Assembly (NCBI GenBank): GCA_964586255.1
Contig: CAZPGE010000006.1
Location: forward strand, 1 to 61,826
Direction of reading: 5' to 3'
Length of the DNA stretch: 61,826 nucleotides
From: an uncultured Candidatus Saccharibacteria bacterium
Lineage (GTDB): Bacteria; Patescibacteriota; Minisyncoccia; Phycocordibacterales; UBA2100
Under the pieces are notes generated by a model, which saw nothing but the letters and a program-made list of their open reading frames with translations, ran no database searches and was not told where the DNA came from. Position numbers and translations under genes: made by a program. Numbering within the stretch: the stretch's first letter is position 1; every line of letters begins with the position of its first letter. This document shows, piece by piece, positions 18,146 to 28,081 of this stretch.

Positions 18146-19195
18146 ATGAAACGAGTCGCCATCGTAGGAGGTGGGATATTTGGCGCTACGGCGGCTATCT
18201 ATGCATCGCGCGCCGGTCATGACGCGCATCTTTTTGAGCGCAGCGCAGGACTGTTGCAGGCCGCTTCAGGTATAAATCAGTACAGGTTGCACCGTGGTTA
18301 TCACTACCCGCGCTCACCTGAGACTGCTCGCTCCGCTGCTGAATCCGAGACCTCTTTTAGGGAGGAGTATGGAGAGGCTGTCGTAGATGGGGGGCGACAT
18401 CTCTATGGCATCGCGCGCGAGGGTAGCAAGGTTTCTCCTGAGGCATATCGCGCCTTTTGTGACTCTCAAGGTCTTACGTATCGCGAAATCGACGGAGCGG
18501 GCATCGTCGACGTTGGGCGCGTCCCCCTATTGATTGAGGCGGTGGAAGCGCGCTATGACCCTGCAGTGCTCCGCGGACTTGTGGAGAAGAAGCTTACGGA
18601 GAGTGGAGTCTCGGTACATTTGAATACAGGCGCGACGCCGAGTCTTGCTGATGAGTACGATGCGATCATCATCGCTGCGTATGCTCAGACGAATGCAGTG
18701 AGCGGCATGTTTGCAGATTTGCAAGAAAAGTATCAGTTTGAAGTATGCGAAAAACCCGTCGTTAGGATGCCCGAGCGTTTTGCGCGAACGGATCTCGTGA
18801 TCATGGACGGACCGTTTATGTGTGTCGATCCGCTCGGGGATTCAGGGCTCTTTGTTCTTGGTAATGTTGTCCACGCTATTCATGCAACCAATGTGGGATT
18901 TGTGCCAGAGATACCCGAAGAGCTTGAGGCGCACCTTGATCGTGGCATTGTGAAGAATCCGAAGCAGTCTCGATTCAATGCATTCATAGAAGATGGCGCG
19001 CAATATATTCCGGCTCTCGGGGAGGCCGAGCACGTTGGGTCGCTCTTTACCGTGCGCACCGTGTTGCCGAACCTCGATTCGACCGACGCTCGCCCGACGC
19101 TCGTCACTTTGCTCAACGAGCGTGTCATTAAAATATTCTCTGGCAAAGTGGGGAACTGTGTCGAAGCCGCGCGGAAGGCCGTATCGCTACTTTGA
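18146..19195 (+). CDS. FAD-dependent oxidoreductase (DAO/LhgO-like)
   Basis: VAIVGGGIFG, ASGINQYRLHRGYHYPRS and SGKV. Confidence 0.85.
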   Translation: MKRVAIVGGGIFGATAAIYASRAGHDAHLFERSAGLLQAASGINQYRLHRGYHYPRSPETARSAAESETSFREEYGEAVVDGGRHLYGIAREGSKVSPEAYRAFCDSQGLTYREIDGAGIVDVGRVPLLIEAVEARYDPAVLRGLVEKKLTESGVSVHLNTGATPSLADEYDAIIIAAYAQTNAVSGMFADLQEKYQFEVCEKPVVRMPERFARTDLVIMDGPFMCVDPLGDSGLFVLGNVVHAIHATNVGFVPEIPEELEAHLDRGIVKNPKQSRFNAFIEDGAQYIPALGEAEHVGSLFTVRTVLPNLDSTDARPTLVTLLNERVIKIFSGKVGNCVEAARKAVSLL

Positions 19196-19199
19196 AGAA

Positions 19200-20063
19200 T
19201 CAGTTAAGCAGCTCGTGGATGTGAAGGATGTCCGCTCCGAAACGTCCCGCAGTAGTCACCGTACTTCCCTCGGTAATTGATGCGAGATACGCTGCGACTT
19301 CGCAGGTGAGCGGTTGGTCCGTCGATTCAAAAATCACGACCCCGTCTCTTTTAAGGGTCTGATCATTCCATTCGTAGACGGTGCCACTTAGCGCACGTAC
19401 CTCGATGCGGTGCTCCTTTGATTGCGAAATCCGGTCGATACTAGATATAAACGACGCATTGTCATACGCGAGCTCCGTGACGAGCTTGTCGCACGGAGTT
19501 TCTCCCGCTTCGCGGCTCACATATGCCCCGTTGCGAGGCTTCCCGAGAAGGTCATAGGCAAGTGAGAGGTGATGCGTGAGGAGGTTCATCTCGATACTCT
19601 CTGAAAAGGTGCCGTACTTATTCCACACGCACTCTACGGAGGCGATCGTATCGTTTGCGAGGAGGCGTCGCATTTCTTGATACGCGGGATGGTAGAGAAA
19701 GACGTAGCCGGTCGCGAGCGTGCAGCCTTTTGTATCCGCGAGAGCAGCAAGGGCTTCCGCTTCCGCTGCTTTGAGAGCGAGGGGTTTTTCACACATGACA
19801 TGCTTTCCCGCTTCGAGCATCATGCGCGCGATATCCGCATGCGTATCAATCGGTGTGGCAATCCAGACGGCTTGTATATCAGTGCGCTCGCAAATCTGCG
19901 CAGCACTCATCTTTCCGATACCTTGTAGCTCCGTCGCTTCACTGTCCTCTTCGCCCTTGGTGGCATAGGCCGCGAGCTCGCTTTGAGCGGCGAGTTCGCG
20001 CGCGACATTCTTGCCCCAGCGACCGGTACCGAAGATTGCTGTTTTGACGCGCTTTCCCGACAT
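19200..20063 (-). CDS. Gfo/Idh/MocA family oxidoreductase
   Basis: AIFGTGRWG, WIATPIDTH, GKHVMCEKPLA and GYVFLYHP. Start placed at ATG 20063, not 20618. Confidence 0.87.
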   Translation of the reverse strand: MSGKRVKTAIFGTGRWGKNVARELAAQSELAAYATKGEEDSEATELQGIGKMSAAQICERTDIQAVWIATPIDTHADIARMMLEAGKHVMCEKPLALKAAEAEALAALADTKGCTLATGYVFLYHPAYQEMRRLLANDTIASVECVWNKYGTFSESIEMNLLTHHLSLAYDLLGKPRNGAYVSREAGETPCDKLVTELAYDNASFISSIDRISQSKEHRIEVRALSGTVYEWNDQTLKRDGVVIFESTDQPLTCEVAAYLASITEGSTVTTAGRFGADILHIHELLN

Positions 20064-20087
20064 GCGTACACTATACGATATACCCGT

Positions 20088-21203
20088 ATGCGCGTCCTCC
20101 TTGCCACTGGCATTTTTTATCCTGATGTGGGCGGCCCTGCCACGCACGTGCGAAAGATTGCAGAGCACTTTTCCGGACTCGGATGGGGCGTGACCGTTGT
20201 GGCGTTTGGCGAACGACCGAGCGATGAGGTAGTGCCGTATCGCGTCGTTCGTACGAGTCGAAACATGCCGAAGCTTGTGAGCTGGCTTGTATACGCGTTC
20301 ACCGTAATGCGAGAGGCTGCACGAAGCGACGTGGTGTATGCATTCGACCTCACCACGGCCGGTATGCCCGCAGCCGCCTCTGCGGCCCTGTGGAGGAAAC
20401 GATTCATCGTGCGCATCGGGGGAGATCCTATTTGGGAAAGAGAAGCAGAGGCGGGGCGGCGCCTCATTCCGATGGACGAGTACTATATGAAAGGTCTCTA
20501 CATGCAGGACAGACCTCGGCTCTACCGAGTCTTGCGGCGAGTCGTTCGTTCGGCGGATCGCATCGTCGTCTACAATCAGCGTTTCAAAGATTTCTATGTC
20601 ACGTATTTTGGTGCACATCCGTCGAACGTCACCGTCGTAAAAAATCCTGTTCTGCCGAAAGAAACATCGTCGAGAGAATCAGATACACGGACCTGCATCT
20701 TCGCGGGAAGATTTGTCGCGTACAAGAATTTGGAGCGCGTCATCAAAGCAGCGGCGAAGAGTTTTCCGAAGTATCCGAACGCGCGGCTCCTCTTTGTGGG
20801 TGATGGTCCTGAGCGCGGGGCGCTCGAGACGCTCGCAGAGCAGCTCGGCGTGCCGCTCACGATACGTCCCAAGACCAATCAGAAATCACTTTTTCAAATG
20901 ATTAGGGGTTCATCAGTCGCACTCGCGCCGGCCTTGAGCGAATTCAATCCGAATTTTATCTTGGAGTCGCTTTCCCTCGGGAAGCCGGCGCTCATCAGCA
21001 AGAATCACGGGTTGTCAGTCGACGTACCCGACATGATGGAGTTTGATCCCATGGATGTGGATTCGCTTGCCGCAGCGTTTGACAGGATTCTTTCGGACGA
21101 TGGGTATGCGAAAGCCGAGGCAGCGGTCCACTCGTTACCTCTCGATTGGAGGTGGGACGATGTCCTTTCTTCGCAGGAATCTATAGTCCGCAGCATGCTA
21201 TGA
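20088..21203 (+). CDS. Glycosyltransferase family 4
   Basis: YPDVGGPAT, FAGRFVAYKN and SEFNPNFILESLSLGKP. Confidence 0.88.
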   Translation: MRVLLATGIFYPDVGGPATHVRKIAEHFSGLGWGVTVVAFGERPSDEVVPYRVVRTSRNMPKLVSWLVYAFTVMREAARSDVVYAFDLTTAGMPAAASAALWRKRFIVRIGGDPIWEREAEAGRRLIPMDEYYMKGLYMQDRPRLYRVLRRVVRSADRIVVYNQRFKDFYVTYFGAHPSNVTVVKNPVLPKETSSRESDTRTCIFAGRFVAYKNLERVIKAAAKSFPKYPNARLLFVGDGPERGALETLAEQLGVPLTIRPKTNQKSLFQMIRGSSVALAPALSEFNPNFILESLSLGKPALISKNHGLSVDVPDMMEFDPMDVDSLAAAFDRILSDDGYAKAEAAVHSLPLDWRWDDVLSSQESIVRSML

Positions 21204-22279
21204 CACGCGTACTTTCGATATCGGCGGATCGTTCCAAGATGGGAATACTTGTGCCGGGGAGTGCAGCCTACGCGCGCCAAAAGGCATATGCGGAAAAACT
21301 CGGCACACTCGATATCATCGGATTTTCACTGCAGACCGATTCCTTCACAGAAGTACGCGACGGCGCACTTCGTATGTACCCCACGCGCTCCGTCACGAAG
21401 TTTTTATACGGTCTGAATGCAATTTTCATGGCGGCCAAGATGCCATGGCCCGATGTCGTATCGGTGCAGGATCCGTTCGAGACGGGGCTCATCGGACTGA
21501 TCATTTCCCGCTTCGTGCAAAAGCCACTCCATGTGCAAGTGCATACGGACTTTCTCGCGCCCGAATACGCACGTCACTCTCTGCTCAACCGCTTTCGCGT
21601 ATGGGTGGCAGGAATCGTATTGAAGCGCGCCGCTCGCGTGCGCGTCGTATCTGAGCGCATACGGATATCGATACAAACTCAGTATGGGTTGGATGTACCG
21701 GTATCTGTGCTCCCCATCTTTGTGGATATCGAGAACATTCGATCGGCTGGACCCGACCAAACGCTTTCTGCGCGTTTTGAACGGTATTCAAAAAAGATGT
21801 TGTATGTAGGACGACTCGAGCCGGAGAAACACCCGTGCCTCGCGCTTCGTGCATTTGCAAAGGCAGCACCACAAGGCGCATGCCTTATCGTCGTGGGATC
21901 GGGAAGTGAAGCTGCGTACCTCAGAAAACTCGCTTCAGAATTAGGAGTCACTGACAGGGTCTTTTTTGAAGGGGAGACGAGCTCGGCCCCGTACTATGCG
22001 CTCGCCGATCTTGTGCTCGTGACATCGCGATATGAAGGATACGGACTTGTCATCGTGGAGGCGCTTGCCGCCGGGAAACCGGTGCTCTCGACAGACGTCG
22101 GAATTGCACGTGAGGCTGGCGCTCTCATGGCTTCGGAGCACGAGTATGCGGATGCTCTGCGCAGATGGTTTGTGGATGGACCTCGAGAAGGCCGGCTTAC
22201 GGGCTACCCGTATGCAAATTTCGAGGAATATGTTGCAGCATACTGTGCTGACATCGAGGCGTGCATAATGTCCGCGTAA
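21200..22279 (+). CDS. Glycosyltransferase family 4
   Basis: LYVGRLEPEK and TSRYEGYGLVIVEALAAGKPVLSTDVG. Confidence 0.9.
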   Translation: MTRVLSISADRSKMGILVPGSAAYARQKAYAEKLGTLDIIGFSLQTDSFTEVRDGALRMYPTRSVTKFLYGLNAIFMAAKMPWPDVVSVQDPFETGLIGLIISRFVQKPLHVQVHTDFLAPEYARHSLLNRFRVWVAGIVLKRAARVRVVSERIRISIQTQYGLDVPVSVLPIFVDIENIRSAGPDQTLSARFERYSKKMLYVGRLEPEKHPCLALRAFAKAAPQGACLIVVGSGSEAAYLRKLASELGVTDRVFFEGETSSAPYYALADLVLVTSRYEGYGLVIVEALAAGKPVLSTDVGIAREAGALMASEHEYADALRRWFVDGPREGRLTGYPYANFEEYVAAYCADIEACIMSA

Positions 22280-22296
22280 CGGCTACAATCCTCGTC

Positions 22297-24282
22297 ATGG
22301 CGGACACGCAGCCTCTCGTAGGGTTTATAGGCCAAGGGTTCATCGGGAAGAACTACGCCGATGACTTTGAGCGTCGTGGATACAAGACGGTGCGCTACGC
22401 GCTCGAGGAGCCCTATGTGGCAAATAGAGACAAAATAAAAGATTGCGATTTCGTACTCATCGCTGTGCCTACACCGACGACTCCATCGGGCTTCGACTAC
22501 TCTATAGTGCGCTCGGCAATATCGTTGGTGGGGAAGGGCAAGGTCGCCGTCGTCAAGTCGACTATTGTTCCCGGCACTACAAAAGAGCTTCAAGCGGAAT
22601 TTCCTGACAGGATAGTTTTTTACTCTCCGGAATTCCTGAGCGAGGCGACTGCGGCACACGATGCCGCATACCCCTTTATGAATATCGTCGGTCTCACGGA
22701 AGATGCGCCCCGTCAAAAAGCAGTAGCAGAGAAGCTCCACGCGATCTTACCTGATGCACCATTTTCGCAGACGTGCTCGAGCACCGAGGCCGAGATAATC
22801 AAATATTCTCACAACGGAAGCGGCTATACGCAGATAATGTTTTTCAACCTCATGTTCGATCTCGCGAACTATCACGGATGCAACTGGAATATGATACGTC
22901 GCGCCATCGAGGCAGACCCACTGGTCAACAATCGATATGCGCGTCCGATTCACAAGAGCGGTCGAGGGGCGGGCGGCCACTGCTTCATCAAGGACGTAGC
23001 GGCGCTCCGTGCTGAATATAGCGAAAAGATTGGCAATGAGGCTGGCGTAGCCCTTTTTGAGGCAATGGAGCGGAAAAATATCGAGCTTCTCAAAGGTACG
23101 GGCAAAGACCTCGACCTTCTTTCGGGTGTGTATGGTGAGGGCGTACTCAATGTCCCAACGGTCAAAGTGGAGATGCCAACACTGAGCGCGGTTCGCGGCG
23201 ATGTGCGGGTGCTTATCTGTACTGAAGCGCTCGACAGGAGCGATCCGATGCTCGGATATTTCCACGGATGGGTGAAAGAATTCGCGCGGCACGCGTATCG
23301 CGTCCATGTGTTGTGTCTCGGATATGGTGATCGGACGTTGCCACCCAATGTGATGGAGCATACGCTTGGTAAAGAGTCGATGCGAAAGGGTAATAGATTC
23401 TTTAAGCGCTTCATATATTCGGCTCGATTCATGCGTCATGCATGGCGGTTGCGCAGTGAATATGACCTTGTGCTCGTGCACCTCAGCTCCGAATTCGCCG
23501 TCGTAGGTGGCGTATTTTGGAAAATTCTCGGCAAGCGTCTCGGTTTCTGGCACAACGATGCTGAAGCGTCACTCTTTGCGAGGATGGCCATCGGATTCTC
23601 AAACGTGGTTTTCTATTCGAACCCCAATTCCTTTGCGGTTCGGTATCCGCATTCGCGCTTCGTGCCGATGGGTATCGAGTCCGATATGTACACACTCGAA
23701 CGTTCGGCAGCAAAAGAGTCGCTACTCTTCCTCGGCCGGATCAGTCCGAAAAAGAATCTTGGTGCAATCATCGGTGCATTTGCGAGCGTGCGCGAGAATG
23801 TGCAAAATCTCAGTCTCGATATCTACGGCGAGCCGCGTCAGGGAGATGTGGAGTATGCTGCGAAGCTTCGCTCGCAGTATGCACAGCTCGAACGCACGGG
23901 AGCGCTCTCGTACAAGGGGAGTATTCTACATGACATGACTCCCGCGGCGTATGCATCTCACGAAATATTCGTGCATGCCGGCTCCGTGCACGGCTCGAAA
24001 AAGACTCTCTATGAGGCAATGGCCGCAGGCTGCCTCGTCATCACTTCAGAAGAGGAAGTGAGGGATGTTATTGACCCGCGGCTTTTCCTTGAGGAGTCGA
24101 CTGAGGAACATATCGCAAAAGCTATTCGCGCAGCCCTCTCGCTCTCAGAGGAGAAGCGTGAACACGCGCGCTCAGTGGCACGTGCGTATGTGCGACGTGA
24201 ACACGGACTCTCATCGGTTGTTCCTGCGGTACTCGAGATGCTCTCACGCGAGGGCGGCGAGCAATCGCACCATCACGCATGA
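22297..24282 (+). CDS. Fusion: UDP-glucose/GDP-mannose dehydrogenase-like region + GT4 glycosyltransferase
   Basis: GFIGQGFIG, IAVPTP, VVKSTIVPGTT, SPEFLSE, AEIIKY and GAGGHCFIKD, then LFLGRISPKKN and KTLYEAMAAG. Confidence 0.85.
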   Translation: MADTQPLVGFIGQGFIGKNYADDFERRGYKTVRYALEEPYVANRDKIKDCDFVLIAVPTPTTPSGFDYSIVRSAISLVGKGKVAVVKSTIVPGTTKELQAEFPDRIVFYSPEFLSEATAAHDAAYPFMNIVGLTEDAPRQKAVAEKLHAILPDAPFSQTCSSTEAEIIKYSHNGSGYTQIMFFNLMFDLANYHGCNWNMIRRAIEADPLVNNRYARPIHKSGRGAGGHCFIKDVAALRAEYSEKIGNEAGVALFEAMERKNIELLKGTGKDLDLLSGVYGEGVLNVPTVKVEMPTLSAVRGDVRVLICTEALDRSDPMLGYFHGWVKEFARHAYRVHVLCLGYGDRTLPPNVMEHTLGKESMRKGNRFFKRFIYSARFMRHAWRLRSEYDLVLVHLSSEFAVVGGVFWKILGKRLGFWHNDAEASLFARMAIGFSNVVFYSNPNSFAVRYPHSRFVPMGIESDMYTLERSAAKESLLFLGRISPKKNLGAIIGAFASVRENVQNLSLDIYGEPRQGDVEYAAKLRSQYAQLERTGALSYKGSILHDMTPAAYASHEIFVHAGSVHGSKKTLYEAMAAGCLVITSEEEVRDVIDPRLFLEESTEEHIAKAIRAALSLSEEKREHARSVARAYVRREHGLSSVVPAVLEMLSREGGEQSHHHA

Positions 24283-25328
24283 GTTCGCCTCGGCTTTTGG
24301 TGTTTACTCAGACAGTCGATCTCCATGACCCTGTCCTTGGTTTTTTTCACGGTTGGCTGAGTGCCTTTTCGGGTGCATTTCCACACATCCATGTCGTGTG
24401 CCTCAAGGAAGGGCATCATGGCCTCCCTGAGAGCATACATGTGCATTCGCTCGGCAAGGAGCGTGGCGTGGGCCGTATGGGCTACATATGGCGATTCTAC
24501 CGACTCGCGTGGTCTCTGAGGGGCGAGTATGACGCGGTTTTTGTGCACATGAATCCAGAGTATGTTGTGCTCGGGGGCCTCCTCTGGAGGCTTATGGGGA
24601 AGCGAGTGTACCTGTGGCGCAATCACTGGTCGAGCGGCCTCCTTACCGATATCGCGGTCACGCTCTCGCACAAGACATTCTGCACGTCAAAGTCTTCATA
24701 CATTGCGAAGTTTAAAAAGAATGTGCTGATGCCGGTGGGTATAGATACAGATATATTCAAGCCAGTCGATGGCATCATGAGAAAGCCTATGAGCGTCCTC
24801 TCTCTTGGTCGTATAGCTCCTTCGAAAAACATCCACGTCATGCTCGAGGCGTTCAAAATCCTCAAAGAGAAAGGTATTGATTTCACCGCCTCTATATACG
24901 GCGATGCACTGCCGAAGGATGCAAGCTATCTGTCGGCGCAAAAGAAATATGTGACCGAGAATGGTCTTGAAGACCGGGTGTATTTTTATCCTGGAGTACC
25001 GAATCGCGAAACTCCCCAGATATTTTCTGCACACCAAATCTTTCTCAATGCGAGCGCGAGCGGTATGTTCGACAAGACCATGTTCGAAGCGGTTTGTTGC
25101 GGTGCCACTACGCTCGCGTGCAGCAAGGACTATGGCGAGTTCGCGGGTCTTACATACACCTTTGATGCGGACGACGTACAGTCGCTCGTAGCACGATTAG
25201 AGGAGTATCTCGCAAAGAGCCAAGAATCTATCCAAGGTGAGGCGCTCTCTTTACGTGCTCGCATCGAGGAATCGCACAGCCTTCATGCGCTTCGAAATCG
25301 GCTCTTCCAAGAGATGAGCACCTCCTGA
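24279..25328 (+). CDS. Glycosyltransferase family 4
   Basis: PVGIDTD, LSLGRIAPSKN and FDKTMFEAVCCG. Confidence 0.88.
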   Translation: MSSPRLLVFTQTVDLHDPVLGFFHGWLSAFSGAFPHIHVVCLKEGHHGLPESIHVHSLGKERGVGRMGYIWRFYRLAWSLRGEYDAVFVHMNPEYVVLGGLLWRLMGKRVYLWRNHWSSGLLTDIAVTLSHKTFCTSKSSYIAKFKKNVLMPVGIDTDIFKPVDGIMRKPMSVLSLGRIAPSKNIHVMLEAFKILKEKGIDFTASIYGDALPKDASYLSAQKKYVTENGLEDRVYFYPGVPNRETPQIFSAHQIFLNASASGMFDKTMFEAVCCGATTLACSKDYGEFAGLTYTFDADDVQSLVARLEEYLAKSQESIQGEALSLRARIEESHSLHALRNRLFQEMSTS

Positions 25329-25329
25329 T

Positions 25330-28077
25330 ATGCGCTTTCTCTACTTTGGCATCTACGATTCCGATTTCTCGCGCAACAGAATCTACATGCGCGCGCTCCG
25401 CGACGCAGGTCACGAAATCATCGAATGTAGGGACAATAGTCGAGGGTTGCTGAAGTACATCGGACTGGTGCAACGTCTTCGCACACTGAAAGGTTCGTAC
25501 GACGTCATTATTGTCGGATATCCCGGGCACATCGTCGTTCCTCTTGCGCGGCTCTTTGGTGCGGCTCCGGTCGTATCCGATCTTCTAGGCTCTCTTTCGG
25601 ACGCTGCAGAGCATACGTACGATGCCGGATTTTTTGTGCGGAAGTTGTACGCTTGGGTGGACCGGCTTGCAATTGCCTGCTCAGATATCGTTCTCGTTGA
25701 CAGTGAACTTCAGAAGGAATTTATGCAGAGTCGCTTTGGTAGCGGGAAGAAATATCGTGTTGTGTACACGGGGGCGGATGAAGAGGTATTCGGACCTCGC
25801 GGGGAGCGGAATATCACAGACACTGAGCCATTTGTTGTGCTGTTCCGGGGCAGACTAATTCCGCAGTCGGGCATCATGCATATATTGGATACCGCAGAAA
25901 GTTTGCAAAACGACAAGCGGTTTGCATTCCGGATCATCGGATATGGTCCGCTGCTTAAGGCTGTGCGTGAGCGTGCCGGCGGATTATCGAATGTAGAGCT
26001 TATCTCAGAGCACATTTCTTTTGACGAGATGCGCCGTTTGACGCTTGATGCCGACGTCAGTCTCGGTCAGTTTGGGGACAATGCGCGATCGGACCGCAAT
26101 ATACCACACAAAGCATTTGAATCGATTTCTATGGGTATTCCGTATCTTTCTGCACGGGTGCCCGGAATATCTGAACTACTTGAGGATGAGGTGTCGTGTC
26201 TTATGGTGCCTCTCGAGAACGCAGCGGCAATCAAAGCTGCTCTCGAGCGGCTTCAAGACGACCGCCCGCTTGGAAAGCGACTAGCTGAGACGGCGCGCGC
26301 GGTGTACGAATCACGTGCTTCGGCCCGCGTTATTTCTTCAGCAATTACCGCCATCTCCACCTCATGCATCGAAGCAAAGAAAAAGCTAACCGCACGAGAT
26401 TTTCCACGTATGGGGAAGCGTGAGGTGGTTGTCGTACTGGTCTTGCTAGCGGCATTCATTGCCATACGTATGCCCGGGCTCTCTCTCCCGTACCATCAGG
26501 ATGAGTGGAAGATGGGAGAGATTATGCGCTCGCACATTGTGGGGGGTCTTGCCGCGCACCCACCATTAAGCGAACTGACATATCGATTGACAGCGAATAT
26601 CGTTGGTGCAGACAATATGCGCGCCGCTCCGCTTCTCTTTGGCGGTATGTCCTTACTGCTCCTATACGCTGTTGTGCGTCGTAGGGCAGGCGAGGTGGCC
26701 GCGCTCATCGCCGCAGGGCTCTATACGCTTTCTACCTACAGCGTTTTCTCTTCACTCATGATAGATGTCGATGGCGCCCTCTTGGCCACGGTCCTCCTGC
26801 TTGCTGTCTATGCGTATGACAGATTTCTGTCGAGCGAATCTTTTCGCGCGTCTGCGCGCTGGCTTGTGGTCGCCGCTTCTGTCTGCGTCGCGGGACTTCT
26901 CACAAAGCTGAGCGCTATTCTCATTGTAGGCGCCCTCCTCTCTGATTACGTGTGGGAAAAGCGCACTCAAATCACACCGCGCATGCTTTGGTACGGATTC
27001 CTCGCCGTGACTGGAGCAATATTGCTTTCGGTGCTCGGCATCTTTCTTCTGCGTACAGTGGTGCCAGGGTTCGATTTGCAGGAGATTATCATTCATATTC
27101 TTTACTTCGTCGATTTTGCACATCGCGGGTACTTTCAAACAGCCATCCAGGCATTCAAAGCCGTGATGTATCTATCTCCGCTTCTCGTCGTACCCTTGTT
27201 ACTTCTGAATTCGGCTGTATTCGCGCGGATGCGGATATTTTTCGTGTACCTCGGACTTGCGTTCTTGTTCTTCTTTGTGTTGTTTGATTTCTCGCACGGC
27301 GCGCTCGACAAGTACCTCCTTCTCACGGCAGCTCCACTCTCTGGGATTGCTGGTGCAATACTCGCATCCCGCATCTCGGGCCTCACGAAACGGGACGTAT
27401 ACCTCGGGGCTGTGCTCGGGGTGCCGCTTGCCATCCTGCTCTTCGCGCTCAATTTCCTTCCGCACGATGTTGTCCCGCTCTACCCAAAGGGTGCATGGGT
27501 CTCAAGGGTCCTCTCCGCTGACTGGCGCATACTCTTTCCCTTTACGGGCGGCAATGGTCCCATTGGAGTGTATCTATCTGTTCTCTTTATCGGTGTGAGC
27601 TTTGCCGTATGTGCCGCTCTCGCCGCTCTCGCGCGCTGGGGATCGCATGCGCGTATATATCTGGTCGCTCTCATTCTCGTCGGATGCGCTTATATGGGTG
27701 TATTTACTCAAGAGTTCATTTTTGGACGGATCAATGGAAGTGCCCCCAACGTTGTCCGCGAGAGCCTCGCGTTCATTGCCGCATCGCCTTCAATACAAAG
27801 CGTCATCACGCATGGAGACACAGGCGCATATGAGCTAATTGGGATAGGGAAATATGCGGGAAGATTTTACGCAGTGCCCGAATATGAGGACGGGCATAAG
27901 GAGCGATTTAAAGAACATGATGGCTACTACCTGGTAGTAAATGTGCCACTGCTCAATCCGGATGGTTTCTACGCGAAGTATTTTGCCACATGCGAATCTG
28001 TATTTCATGCCATCTCGGGTCGCATTCGGTCCGACGTGTACGACTGTGCGAAACGCGATCCGTACGCTATAAAGTAA
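25330..28077 (+). CDS. Fusion: GT4 (GT-B) + multi-TM GT-C (ArnT/PMT-like) glycosyltransferase
   Basis: N-terminal half: FRGRLIP..G and PHKAFESISMGIP. C-terminal half: YHQDE, HPPL, more than 10 TM helices and TK motif. Confidence 0.8.
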   Translation: MRFLYFGIYDSDFSRNRIYMRALRDAGHEIIECRDNSRGLLKYIGLVQRLRTLKGSYDVIIVGYPGHIVVPLARLFGAAPVVSDLLGSLSDAAEHTYDAGFFVRKLYAWVDRLAIACSDIVLVDSELQKEFMQSRFGSGKKYRVVYTGADEEVFGPRGERNITDTEPFVVLFRGRLIPQSGIMHILDTAESLQNDKRFAFRIIGYGPLLKAVRERAGGLSNVELISEHISFDEMRRLTLDADVSLGQFGDNARSDRNIPHKAFESISMGIPYLSARVPGISELLEDEVSCLMVPLENAAAIKAALERLQDDRPLGKRLAETARAVYESRASARVISSAITAISTSCIEAKKKLTARDFPRMGKREVVVVLVLLAAFIAIRMPGLSLPYHQDEWKMGEIMRSHIVGGLAAHPPLSELTYRLTANIVGADNMRAAPLLFGGMSLLLLYAVVRRRAGEVAALIAAGLYTLSTYSVFSSLMIDVDGALLATVLLLAVYAYDRFLSSESFRASARWLVVAASVCVAGLLTKLSAILIVGALLSDYVWEKRTQITPRMLWYGFLAVTGAILLSVLGIFLLRTVVPGFDLQEIIIHILYFVDFAHRGYFQTAIQAFKAVMYLSPLLVVPLLLLNSAVFARMRIFFVYLGLAFLFFFVLFDFSHGALDKYLLLTAAPLSGIAGAILASRISGLTKRDVYLGAVLGVPLAILLFALNFLPHDVVPLYPKGAWVSRVLSADWRILFPFTGGNGPIGVYLSVLFIGVSFAVCAALAALARWGSHARIYLVALILVGCAYMGVFTQEFIFGRINGSAPNVVRESLAFIAASPSIQSVITHGDTGAYELIGIGKYAGRFYAVPEYEDGHKERFKEHDGYYLVVNVPLLNPDGFYAKYFATCESVFHAISGRIRSDVYDCAKRDPYAIK

Positions 28078-28081
28078 GCAT

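Noticed and set aside
20064-20618. N-terminal extension of the Gfo/Idh/MocA ORF to 20618, and similar extensions at 767, 15023, 19983, 21146, 44983-45318, 46842 and 53495
   Set aside because: The extensions overlap neighbouring genes. Family motifs begin at the downstream ATG, and in several cases a -10 box sits just before it.
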